From the NCBI GenBank assembly GCA_963705305.1, contig OY970067.1, positions 3,264,001 to 3,328,000 on the forward strand: DNA of 64,000 nt. The letters are read 5' to 3'. The notes under the pieces were generated by a model that was given only the letters and a program-made list of their open reading frames with translations, made no database searches and had not been told where the DNA came from. The position numbers were made by a program, and so were the translations under genes. Origin of the DNA: an uncultured Methylomirabilota bacterium. GTDB taxonomy: Bacteria > Methylomirabilota > Methylomirabilia > Methylomirabilales > 2-02-FULL-66-22. The number at the start of each line of letters is the position of its first letter. The stretch's first letter is position 1. This document shows, piece by piece, positions 9,062-18,883 of the stretch.

Positions 9062-11327
9062 TTAGAAGAGTGCCAGTTGGGCCAGGTGCGGCCGCTCGCT
9101 CAACACCTGCTGAAGGTCCTCCTCCCTGACTTCGAGCCGGCTCACCTTCTTGTGGCGCGGGTTCTCCTGCTCGATGAGATCCACGATCAGCATTTTCTCC
9201 CCGATCGTCTCAATGTTCTGCGAGATCCGAACGACCGGGGGCTTAGGCGTGGCCGCAGTGAGCGTGAGGAGCTGCTCCATATCTCGTTTCCGGAGCCGGG
9301 CCCAGACCGCCTCTGCGGACTCCGTCTCGCCGACGTGACTCACCAGCGCCCGCGCAAGCTCGAGCACCAGGGAGTCCGAGGTGTCCGCGAGCGCGCTCAG
9401 GCCGTTGTCGCTCAACTCCCCCTCGATCGCCAGGGACGCCTCCAGCTTCGTGGCGATCAGGGTGAGTGCCTTGGACTGCATCGAGTCCGCGTAGGTCAGG
9501 AAGATCACCTCGCAGGGCTCGGTCTGGCCGATCCGCCAGGCCCGGCGCGCCGCCTGGCGGAGCGTGTAGATGCTGTACCTCGGGCACAAGTAGATGAAGG
9601 TCGGAAAGGCGTACAGATCCAGTCCGGTCTTCACGAGCTCGGGGTTGGTGACGAGGACATCGATGCCCTCGTTCACCCGGTCCTGGATCCAGTCTTCGCG
9701 CTGCGGTGGCGGGACCGTCCCCTTGAGGATCTGTGTCCGGAGCCCGGCGGTTTCCAAGAGCTCCTTCACGCGGCCGGTGAGGTCCCGGGTATCCGTGAAG
9801 GTGACATAGACGAGGACCCGCCGCCCTTTCTCGCGGACCTCCCGCGTGCAGAGTTCCACCAACTCTTCTTCCTTCGGGAGTGGGCCAGGAACGATCGGGG
9901 CGGACGCGATCGGCTCCTTGGTCCGGGGGTCGATGAGGTGCTCCGCTCGGAACGCCGCTTGATCGGGGTAGCAGAGGAGGCTCTGGAGGTACAGCGACAG
10001 GAGGTGCCGCGACCCGCTGGCAAGGGCGTCCCGGACACAGGCCAGCAAATCGCTCTCCAGGTGGTGGTAGGCGTCCGCGAGTCCGGGTGACATGTCCAGG
10101 CTGATCACCCGCTCCTCGTAGGGGGGGAGGGCGTCCGCAACGTCCGCGAGACGGAGAAACACCGTGTTTGGCAGGAGATGCTTCCCCAGGATGAGCGGGC
10201 TGATCCCCGGCTTCCGGTGCACGCGAGTCCGCTTGGTTTTCCCTCGGACCGCCCGCATGTCCTCGCTGGCATCGTCGTCCGCACTGATCTTGGTCACGCG
10301 CTCCAGGATGCCGTACCGCTCCATCCACCGCTGGACCTTGCGATAGTCCAGCCCCTCGCGGACCATCTCGCTGGGGTACATCCGGTACAGGATATAGAAG
10401 AGATTGTCGGCGTAGCCCCCGAGCAAGGTCCCCGTGAGACCGAGGGTGGTCCGCACGGCTGCCGCCAGGGCGCCGAAGGCGTTCCCTTGCCCGGTAGCCT
10501 CGCCCTTCAGCTCGTGGACCTCGTCCGCCACAAAGAGAATCGAATGCGCCCTTGAGGTATCGCTTGATGAACTTCGCGGGGGCGTAGCGCCGCGGCCCGG
10601 CCCGGTCCGCACAGAACGCCGGATCGTGGCACTGGGGGCAGAAGGTGTGCTTGCGGGCGAGGGCCTCGACCGTGAGCGGCAGGCCCGCCTTGTCCCGCAG
10701 GACGGCCCCGCAGCGCAGGCACGCCGGTTCCCGCCAGACCTGCAGGTCCCGCATGGGGCCCGTCGGATTGTGCCGCTCCTCTAGGCGGTACAACAAGCGG
10801 CTCGCGTACGCCGGCCGCCAGGCGTGGTGCAGCTTGGCGCGTTCGCGGCCGAGGACCCACACCTCATGCTGGGCCGGTGGCTTCCGGCCGTCCGTCCGAA
10901 GGACTGTCGCCAGCCCGGTCAGGTGCGCCAGGCTGTCGGGCCCCCCGAGGGAGATGACGCGCACCTCCGGGAGCACGGCCGTTGCCTCGCGCTCCCACTT
11001 GGGCACGAGGTGCGGCGGGCACATGATGAGCGTGCGAAGCGGCCGTGGCGCCAAGGCCAGGAGGGCCAGCGTCACCTCCGACTTCCCCACGCCCATTTCC
11101 CCGCTGAGCAGCGCCGCCCGCTGCCCGGCCTCGAAGTAGGCCCGGGCCAGGGCCTTGGCGGCTTCCCCCTGCGCCGGATAGCACGGGCGGAGAAGCGTTG
11201 CCAACCGCTGGTCAAGGTCCGGCGTGGTGCCGAGGTCCCGCACGGGATCGTGCAAGATGTTGAAGGTTTCGGTCACCCGCTGGGCCAGCGGCTCGCCGAA
11301 ACGTGTGAGGAATTCCTGGAGGGTCAT
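9062..11327 (-). pseudogene. SNF2/DEAD-like helicase, frameshifted near 10540
   Basis: N-part GEMGVGKS (frame of 11327); C-part FVADEVHE, LTGT, RQAARRAWRIGQ (frame of 9062); one extra base at GAFD-t-LFVADE. Confidence 0.8.
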
Positions 11328-11501
11328 GCCTGGGTCTCCGTGGGGGTGGGGCTGATGATCAGGTACGCCTCATTGTGTAGCGCGTCCGAGGCGATCGAGT
11401 TCGCCTCGACCAGCGCGTTGGCTCCGGCCAGTCTCCAGCGATTGCGCCAGTGCCTGGTTCTTGGGGTGTCGCAATCTTGGCGCGTGCCCCTGCCATGGCG
11501 T

Positions 11502-12098
11502 CTACGCGATCTCCAGCGTGCGGGCCTTCACGGCCTCCGTCAGCTCCTGGGTCACCTGCTGCTCATTCCAGTGGATCTCCCAGCCGACCCAGTGGCCAGA
11601 GCCACTCATGGGTGTGATGTCCGCATTCTCATCGAGGTAGTGCCAGAGCCAGCCCGCCCACGACGGGTGGAGCGGGAGGGAGGTTCGGGCGTCGATGAGC
11701 CGCAGGAGTCGCTCGGGTGCGGTGGCTTCCTCGGCCTTCGGAAGGACAAGGCTGAACTCATAAGGGGTCTCGCTCGGCGTCGTGTCAGGATAGAGGACGC
11801 CGTGAGCTTGCCCGCAGGGAAGGCGCTTGCAGAGGAGACGGGATGGCGTCGCGGTCGCGTGCAGCGGCCCGATGGTTTCGCGCCCGCGCTGGTGGAGGAT
11901 CGCGTGCTCTTTCGGGTGGAAAAGGCTCAGCCGGTTCCCTTTGAGTTTCGCCGCTGCCAGCACGGCCTTGACGGCTTCCGCCGGCCCCCCGATGGACAGG
12001 AACCGCACCTCATCGTAGGGGTTTGCCAGGTAGCTCTCCACGAGGCTCACGGCGCCCTCGAAGTCAGCGTACAGGAACGTCGGTGTCACGTGCTGCAC
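11502..12098 (-). CDS. Hypothetical protein between methyltransferase and helicase
   Basis: 198-aa ORF with RBS GGAGGAG; LPLHPSWAGWLW motif. Confidence 0.7.
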   Translation of the reverse strand: MQHVTPTFLYADFEGAVSLVESYLANPYDEVRFLSIGGPAEAVKAVLAAAKLKGNRLSLFHPKEHAILHQRGRETIGPLHATATPSRLLCKRLPCGQAHGVLYPDTTPSETPYEFSLVLPKAEEATAPERLLRLIDARTSLPLHPSWAGWLWHYLDENADITPMSGSGHWVGWEIHWNEQQVTQELTEAVKARTLEIA

Positions 12099-12181
12099 GG
12101 GCTCCTCCCGAGACGGGGTGGCTGTCTGCTCGCGGGCAAGGAGGGATCGGATTGCCGGTGGCGCTGGAGGGTTCTGCCGGG

Positions 12182-13231
12182 TTACTGCATCGTCTGGAGT
12201 TCACCGGATCGGAGATCCAGGGCGGTGATGACGATCTTGAGAACGTCGCGCTCGGTGATGGTCTTGCCACCGTCGGCCTCCTGTTCCTCTAGCCGGACGG
12301 TATCCTTCTCGGTTCGGCCCTTCACGAGCAGTCGGTCGCCGGTCCGTGGGTCTTCCACCAGCTCGTTGTTGAGGTGTCCGGATGCCAGGACCAGCGCCAG
12401 GTGGCCCCGTCGAAGCGGCATGATCGGCCGCATCCGGTACGCTGCCGCCTCGGGGTGCAGGCGGCGGAACACCACCTCGGTAAGGCCGTGCCTCTCCATC
12501 TCCTGGACGAGGTCCTGCGGATCGACGCTGAGGTTCTGAAACAGGAGGTTCGCTGCCCGCCGGGAGGTGGGTACCGAGTAGGCCGGCTCCACGTGCCCGG
12601 GGAGGTCCGATGGCGTGAACGTCCGGGCGCCGATCAATCGAAGGGTCCGCAGCACCTCGTCGTCTCGGAACGGCGTGGCCTTGCGCACGGCGAACAGCAC
12701 GATCTGCTGGTAGCAAATGTACGCTTCCCCGGGGAATCGGAAGACCTGGATGCGCTCGAAGTGGTACGCGAGCACGTTCGCGATCTCGCCGGCGAGGCGC
12801 CGATCTGGAATGAGGTAGACCAGGACGCCCCCCACGGCGAGGTAGCGCACCGCGGCCTGCAGGAAGGAGAGTTCGAGCCGTTGCGCGCCCTCGTCAAGCG
12901 CCGCCACGTCGAAGTCGTAGGGCGGATTGAGGAACAGGAGCCCGAAGGCGTTGTTGGCCACCCGCGTGCTCCGGATGTCGGCCCGGAGGACCCGGGTAAG
13001 GACTCCGCGAGCCGCATGCGCGCGCGCCTGGTTCAGCTCGATGCCGTACCGTTCCACGGGATCTCCAAGGGGCCCTGTCGCGAGACACAACGCGGTGCCT
13101 TCCCCACAGGCCGGATCGATTGCGCGGATCAGCCCCGGGCCCGACCGAGTCAGGGATCGGGCGATGGCCTCCGCGATCGCCGGCGGCGTCGGGTAGTGCT
13201 GCATCTTCGCTTGCGATCGGAATCGTGCCAC
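12182..13231 (-). CDS. DUF6094-type SAM-dependent DNA methyltransferase
   Basis: YPTP, IDPACGEG (motif I), LFLNPPYD (motif IV), PIMPLRRGHLALVLASG. Confidence 0.85.
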   Translation of the reverse strand: MARFRSQAKMQHYPTPPAIAEAIARSLTRSGPGLIRAIDPACGEGTALCLATGPLGDPVERYGIELNQARAHAARGVLTRVLRADIRSTRVANNAFGLLFLNPPYDFDVAALDEGAQRLELSFLQAAVRYLAVGGVLVYLIPDRRLAGEIANVLAYHFERIQVFRFPGEAYICYQQIVLFAVRKATPFRDDEVLRTLRLIGARTFTPSDLPGHVEPAYSVPTSRRAANLLFQNLSVDPQDLVQEMERHGLTEVVFRRLHPEAAAYRMRPIMPLRRGHLALVLASGHLNNELVEDPRTGDRLLVKGRTEKDTVRLEEQEADGGKTITERDVLKIVITALDLRSGELQTMQ

Positions 13232-13717
13232 TGGGCTGACTCCTTCGTGTGGGATCGCGCTCGGATAGGGATTCCTCCGGACAGGGGCAGCACTCGATTC
13301 TATTGCTGCGCTAGGGTGTGGATGGGGTCGGCGGGGTTGATGTGGGAATGCCGAGGAATCCGCAGGTCTCTTCGATGAACCACCACACGACGCGGATGTT
13401 CGGGCAGGGCTTCGTCTTCGGGTCAGGTGGCGTCAATGCCGTGGCGAGGTAGTCACCGGCACGCTGTTCGATGGTCCCCAGCCGCTTGCCCGTTCCGTCG
13501 GTGTTGGCGCTCCCCTAATCTTGGATACAGCAGCGTCATTCTTCCCCCACTGGGTGAGATGACCTATACAGTGGCCGTGAGTCCAAATGGGAAGCATCGA
13601 ATGGCCACGAGGACAACGCACCAGACGGCCGAGATCCTCCCTGTTCAGTCGTGAGAGAGCTCGCATGGAGCCGAACGCACTGGTGTGCTGAATGTTTCGC
13701 GCAGAGGAGGCTCACAG

Positions 13718-13963
13718 ATGTCGCGTTCGACCGTGACGCTCAGTCTCTCCCCGGACACTATCACGGAAGCCAAGATCCTGGCGGCACAACGCAAGACCTC
13801 GCTCAACCGTCCGTTTGCTGATTGCATCGAAGATCTCGAGATGCGAGAGAGCGCGTCCCAGTCGGCACGGCGCCGTGCACTCACACACCTGAAGCGCGGA
13901 TTCGATTTAGGGGCCCAGCCCATGATACGTGAGGAGTTCCATGCCCGATCTTGTCTTCGGTGA
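13718..13963 (+). CDS. CopG/RHH-type antitoxin-like protein (orphan)
   Basis: VTLSLSPDTITEAKILAAQRKTSL..REEFH; RBS GAGGAGG; followed by a stub MPDLVFGDS resembling a PIN toxin start. Confidence 0.65.
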   Translation: MSRSTVTLSLSPDTITEAKILAAQRKTSLNRPFADCIEDLEMRESASQSARRRALTHLKRGFDLGAQPMIREEFHARSCLR

Positions 13964-13969
13964 TTCCGG

Positions 13970-14308
13970 TCACACGCCTCGGCCGAGCGCCGCCGCGTAC
14001 GTGAAGGCATGAAAGTATCGCCGCCACGACTCATCGGATGAGCCGTAGCGGTTGTCGAACCAGAAGTAGTCGGCCAGGGTTTCCCGCAGCCGGGTCAGTT
14101 CCTTCAAGCGTGACCGATGTTTCTCATCGGCGATGGTGAGGTCCAGAAGCTCCAACGCTCGCTCGAAGGCACGGCGCCCGTACTCGGCGTTCCCCTTCCC
14201 CCTCCATCGCATCGTGCGCTCGATCTCGCTCCCGACGTTGGCAAGCTGCTCCACGAGGGACAGCCTGAACCACCTTCCCGCCGCCAACTCCTGATGCCCC
14301 ACAGTCAT
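13970..14308 (-). CDS. Helical hypothetical protein coupled to the DUF5674 gene
   Basis: HQELAAGRWFRLSLVEQLANVGSEIER; ATGA overlap with upstream gene. Confidence 0.8.
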   Translation of the reverse strand: MTVGHQELAAGRWFRLSLVEQLANVGSEIERTMRWRGKGNAEYGRRAFERALELLDLTIADEKHRSRLKELTRLRETLADYFWFDNRYGSSDESWRRYFHAFTYAAALGRGV

Positions 14309-14646
14309 CGCATCACCAGTCGCGAGACGATTTCCACGATTCGCTGGCGCACCCCTGGATTCTCTACGTCGCGACTCCGGTTCCCCTGCGAGGGGCGAAG
14401 GTTGATCATCGAGTCGAACTCGATCCACTCCGCGCTGCCGGCGTCCGGATAGAGATTGATCCCCCACAGGCTAGCCTGTATGGAGCCATGCGTCAAGAGG
14501 AGCTCTTCTTCATCCGCGTGAAGCTCGCCGTCGACAGCCATGATGCCCCGATCAACGTCAACGACAGCCTTCACCATTTCGCCAAACCTGCCTTGGGCCA
14601 TCTCGCGCAGCCTGGCGAGGGTGATCGGCCCAGTAATGATCTCCAT
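14305..14646 (-). CDS. DUF5674 family protein
   Basis: MVKAVVDV..GELHADEE.LL..GS.Q..LWGINLYP..IEFDSMINLRPSQGNRS. Confidence 0.8.
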   Translation of the reverse strand: MEIITGPITLARLREMAQGRFGEMVKAVVDVDRGIMAVDGELHADEEELLLTHGSIQASLWGINLYPDAGSAEWIEFDSMINLRPSQGNRSRDVENPGVRQRIVEIVSRLVMR

Positions 14647-15085
14647 GGCGCTTCCTTTGCCGCACACTCGTGGGCCAGAACGCACGGGAGACATTCGGCT
14701 CCGACAGACGGCCGCGCCGTGCCACACGCTGCGCCGCAACCGACAAGCGAACGGCGAGAACGCTAACACCGGCCCGGAAGGACGTCAAGTCGAACGTGAC
14801 TGACCCGAATAGACAGAGCCGAATGGATGCTGGCCAAATGCGAGTGTCGGCATTGGCTGACAGAGGCGGAAACATTGCCCACTTTGATCACTGTGAGATT
14901 CCCAAATACCATGTTCGTGTGCGCCATGGCCCCCAGCGTGGCAGGACATGGGATCGGTGTGCTGACTTGGACCTCGGTCTAATTCCTGGCGGTCGGGAGG
15001 CCTGCCATCGGCTTTCATGTACGTGGTGCGTCGCTCACGAGGAGTACCCGGAGCGCGCGCTGTGCCATGGGGCCGTGGGAGCCGG

Positions 15086-17359
15086 TCACGCCAACTCCGC
15101 GGTCAGCCCTGCGTTGATGAGGTCAAGGAGCGGTGCCGTGCTCTCGGGCTCCGGCGTCGGCTCGAGGGGTGGCAGGTCCCTCCAGAACGCGGCGAGCCGT
15201 TCCGTCAGGTGGGAGTACCGGCGAACGATTGTGTTGTTGTGAACGGCGATCCCAAGCGCCTGCCTGGTGCCGACGAGCACGAGGAGCTTGCGGGCGCGGG
15301 TCAGCCCGGTGTAGAGCACATTCCGCTGGAGCAACAGGTAGAATTGGGGCAGCATCACCAGCACGCAGCAGGGGTACTCCGAGCCCTGCGACTTATGGAC
15401 GCTCGTCGCGTAGGCGAGCATGAGCTCGTCCAGGTTCTGGAAGTCGTACTCCAGCGCCCGGTCGTCGATCCGGATGTGGACGAGTTGCTCGGGCACGTCA
15501 ATGTGGAGAATCCGGCCGAGATCCCCGTTGGCCGTTTGCAGCGCGTAGTTGTTCTTGATGACCATGACCCGGTCGCCGACCCGGAAGAGCCGGCTGCCGC
15601 GGGTCAGCTCGGTCTTCCCTTCCGTAGGGGGATTCAGACGGGCCTGCAGGGCGGCATTGAGCTGGGCAACGCCAGCCTCCCCACGATGCATGGGCACGAG
15701 GACCTGGATGTCTTCGAACGGATCGTAGCCGTATCGCCTGGGCAGGCGCTCGCTGACCAGCTGGACCACCAAGTCGCGCACCGTCACCGGGTCCTCCTGC
15801 TCGATGAAGTAGCAGTCCGGCACTTCGTCGCGGCCGGAAGCCAACAGGTCTGGCATCTCGCCGTGATTGACTCGGTGGGCGTTGGTGATGATCCGGCTCC
15901 GCTGGGCCTGCCGGAAGATCGTGGTCAGCCGGATGCTCGGGATCCCGTCGAAGTCGAGGAGGTCACGAAGCACGGTGCCCGGCCCCACGCTCGGGAGTTG
16001 GTCCGCGTCACCGACCAGCACCAGGGCGGCCGGGAGCGGGAGGGCCTGGAGGAGATGACACATCAGCGGAAGATCCACCATGCTCCCTTCGTCTACGACG
16101 ACCACGTCGGTGTCGAGCGGGTGCTGCCGGTTGCGGTGGAACTGCCCCCGCGAGCACTCGAGGAGCTTATGCACCGTGCTCGCGGGACGTCCGGTGACCT
16201 CGCTGAGACGCTTGGCGGCGCGGCCGGTCGGGGAGGCGAGGTGGATGCGGAGCCCCCTGGTCTCGAGGATCTTGATGAGGGTGTTCAGGATGGTGGTCTT
16301 GCCGGTGCCTGGCCCGCCGGTGATCACCACCAGCTTCTCCTGGAGCGCTAATCGCACCGCGTCTCGTTGCTGTGGCGTTAAGGTGAGGCTGATCTTGTCT
16401 TCCACCCAGCCAAGGGCCTGCTCGATGTCGATGGCCAGGGAGCGCCGCGGCGCGCGGAGGAATTCGCTCAGACGCCGGGCGAGCCGACTCTCGGCGATGT
16501 GGAGCGGTTTGAGGTAGGCGGCCTGCCCCTCCGGGAGGTCTTCGCAGATGATCTTTTCTTCTTCGAGCAAGGCGGGAATGGCCGGGGCGAGGAGATCCAC
16601 GGGAATCTCCAGGTCGGTCTCCGTGGTCGCGTGGAGTACGGTGACCGGGACGTAGACATGGCCGTCGTCCGTCAGCTTCTGGAGGGTGTGGAACACTGCA
16701 GCGGTGGCCCGGAACGGGGAATCTTTCGGGATCCCAAGCGCGGCCGCCACCGCGTCCGCCTTCTTGAAGCCGACGCCCCGGATATCCCGGGCCAATCTGT
16801 ATGGGTTGCTCTGGACCATGCTGATCGCGCCCTGGCCGTACGCCCGCCAGATCTTCCCGGCCAGGTACGGGGAGATCTGGTGGCTCTGCAGCCACAGCAT
16901 GATCCCTCGGACCTCCCGCTGCTCGGCCCACGTGGTCGTAATCCGGTCCCGGCGTTGCTTCCCGATGCCGGGGATCTCCAGGAGCCGTTCCGGCGTCTCC
17001 TCGATGACCTTGAGGGTCTCGACGCCAAAGGCATCGACGAGTTTCGCCGCAAAGGTCGGGCCGATCCCCTTGATCAGTCCGGATCCCAGGTACCGGCGAA
17101 TGCCGAACGCCGTGGCCGGCACGATCGACTCGTACCGGATCACTTCGAGCTGGAGCCCGTACTGGGCGTGTCGCTTCCAGCGGCCGTGCACGCGGACGCT
17201 CTCTCCGGGCGTGAGGGCCGCCATTGTGCCGACGATGGTGACGCGGTCTTTCTCGCCGCGCACGGCCAGGCGGGCGACGGTCCACTGGCTCTCGGGGTCG
17301 CTGAACGTGACGCGGTCGACCACCCCGCTGAGGGTGGTGGGTGGCATGGCTGCCGCCAT
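15086..17359 (-). CDS. recD2: ATP-dependent RecD2-like helicase
   Basis: N-terminal OB + HhH (IKGIGP, IPGIG), GGPGTGKTT, VDEGSM, VGDADQLPSVGPG, HKSQGSEY, LYTGLTRAR. Confidence 0.93.
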   Translation of the reverse strand: MAAAMPPTTLSGVVDRVTFSDPESQWTVARLAVRGEKDRVTIVGTMAALTPGESVRVHGRWKRHAQYGLQLEVIRYESIVPATAFGIRRYLGSGLIKGIGPTFAAKLVDAFGVETLKVIEETPERLLEIPGIGKQRRDRITTTWAEQREVRGIMLWLQSHQISPYLAGKIWRAYGQGAISMVQSNPYRLARDIRGVGFKKADAVAAALGIPKDSPFRATAAVFHTLQKLTDDGHVYVPVTVLHATTETDLEIPVDLLAPAIPALLEEEKIICEDLPEGQAAYLKPLHIAESRLARRLSEFLRAPRRSLAIDIEQALGWVEDKISLTLTPQQRDAVRLALQEKLVVITGGPGTGKTTILNTLIKILETRGLRIHLASPTGRAAKRLSEVTGRPASTVHKLLECSRGQFHRNRQHPLDTDVVVVDEGSMVDLPLMCHLLQALPLPAALVLVGDADQLPSVGPGTVLRDLLDFDGIPSIRLTTIFRQAQRSRIITNAHRVNHGEMPDLLASGRDEVPDCYFIEQEDPVTVRDLVVQLVSERLPRRYGYDPFEDIQVLVPMHRGEAGVAQLNAALQARLNPPTEGKTELTRGSRLFRVGDRVMVIKNNYALQTANGDLGRILHIDVPEQLVHIRIDDRALEYDFQNLDELMLAYATSVHKSQGSEYPCCVLVMLPQFYLLLQRNVLYTGLTRARKLLVLVGTRQALGIAVHNNTIVRRYSHLTERLAAFWRDLPPLEPTPEPESTAPLLDLINAGLTAELA

Positions 17360-17528
17360 GGGCAGCTTCAGGGTGGTTTGGCTCACGAGCGGGCTCCCGG
17401 GGGCGTCCGTTAGGGCCGGAGGATCCTCTCGACCCAAATCCGATGTCGAGCGAGCCGCGCGGCCATGCGAGGGACGTCCATGGCGGTGGAATGCTCGCAA
17501 GTCTTGGCAATGCTGGCCTCGTCGTCGA

Positions 17529-18017
17529 TCAGGGTTCGCAGGGATTCCTAGCCGCCCTGCATCCCCCGAGTTCGTGGAGAACGGCCTTCAAAAGATCGAA
17601 CGCCTGGGCGGAATCGTCTCCGGCGGAGCGGACGCCTGCAAGGCTGATCGTCAGGGCATCGGTGAATCCCATTGCCGTCTCCAGGGGCGATCCTGGGGCA
17701 GCAGTGCACCAGCGCATGCCAGAAGGAGTCGATGATCTCGCCGCGGACGTGGGTCCGGCAGACGGGCTTCAGGGTCTCGGAGAGTGCGAGGGCGTAGTCG
17801 TCGGTGAGGTGAAAAGTCTGTTCCGGGTCTGCGTGTCCCGTTCGCACGGACGTGAAGAAGGCTCGGGCCGTGGGCACCCCCCGAGGGAGGTGAGGGAAGA
17901 GGCTCCCAGGTACCAAGCCGTCAACGGCGGGATCTCGCCGGCCCCTCCGGTGCGGCCGAGCGCCGCGTCGACCCGGCGACTGACGATCGGACCCGGTGGG
18001 TAAGTGAACCGGCGCAT
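17529..18017 (-). pseudogene. Probable frameshifted hypothetical gene
   Basis: Three overlapping minus-strand ORF pieces behind one RBS/ATG at 18017. Confidence 0.3.
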
Positions 18018-18030
18018 CGGGTCCTCGTTT

Positions 18031-18420
18031 CTAGCGGGTCAGTGCTGGTGGCCCGGCTCGCAGGCATTCCTCCTCCGGGCGGAGGTTCCGGGGGTCGAGG
18101 AACTGGAACTGGTCGATCACGACCGCCATCTTGCCCGTGCGGCGGCCCGTCTCCAGATCGCGGCGCTCGACGAGATGTCCTTCGATGAAGATAGGGCGGC
18201 CGCGTTTCAGGTGCTGGCCGATGCTCTCCGCGTGCTTGTTGTACGCGATGACATCGATGTAGGAAATCTCCTCTGACAGTGTCCCGGGGTGCCTGTGGGT
18301 GGGCCGGCGCCGCGGAACAGCCAGGAAGAAGTTGGCCACAACGCTCCCGAGCGGGGTGGTGGCGACCTCGGGGTCCTGCACGAGGTTTCCGATGAGCACG
18401 ACTCTGCTGTAGCCGATCAT
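18031..18420 (-). CDS. ssb: Divergent single-stranded DNA-binding protein
   Basis: SRVVLIGNLVQDPE, LKRGRPIFIEGHL; lacks the acidic DDIPF-type tail. Confidence 0.8.
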   Translation of the reverse strand: MIGYSRVVLIGNLVQDPEVATTPLGSVVANFFLAVPRRRPTHRHPGTLSEEISYIDVIAYNKHAESIGQHLKRGRPIFIEGHLVERRDLETGRRTGKMAVVIDQFQFLDPRNLRPEEECLRAGPPALTR

Positions 18421-18494
18421 GGTCTTTTCCCTCTGGCCGTCCTGGTCCGCCGCCGGGAGTGGCACGGAGAAGGCCCCGAACACGTCGGGGCGGA

Positions 18495-18713
18495 TTACGG
18501 AAGGTGCTGAATGACGGCCAGGAGCGCCTCCCGCGTGACCAGCGGTCCGTACTGCTCGATCAGGATGTCTGCCACCGTCTGGACGGAGACTTCGGCCACT
18601 GCTTCCGGGAGGTTCCCCTCCTCTTCGAGTTCGATCGTCAGGTCGGTCAGGGCGTCCCGCAGGCTGCGCTGGATGGGTTCGAGCGTGAACGGGCGCGTGA
18701 TCACGGCTCCCAT
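18495..18713 (-). CDS. Small acidic hypothetical protein
   Basis: RBS GGGAG, 72 aa. Confidence 0.55.
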   Translation of the reverse strand: MGAVITRPFTLEPIQRSLRDALTDLTIELEEEGNLPEAVAEVSVQTVADILIEQYGPLVTREALLAVIQHLP

Positions 18714-18883
18714 GGTGCTTCTCCCTTCTGTGGCTGACGCAGAAGCGATAACTGCAGAGCGGCGGACGGAGCGCCGGCGGCTCCGGGTGTGGCCTGACAG
18801 TCGCGCATGGCGCCGGGGAGAAATGCTCGCGCCGCCCTGGCGGCGCCGGGACGGCCCGGCGGTGAGCGGGTGTGGGTGGGGGC

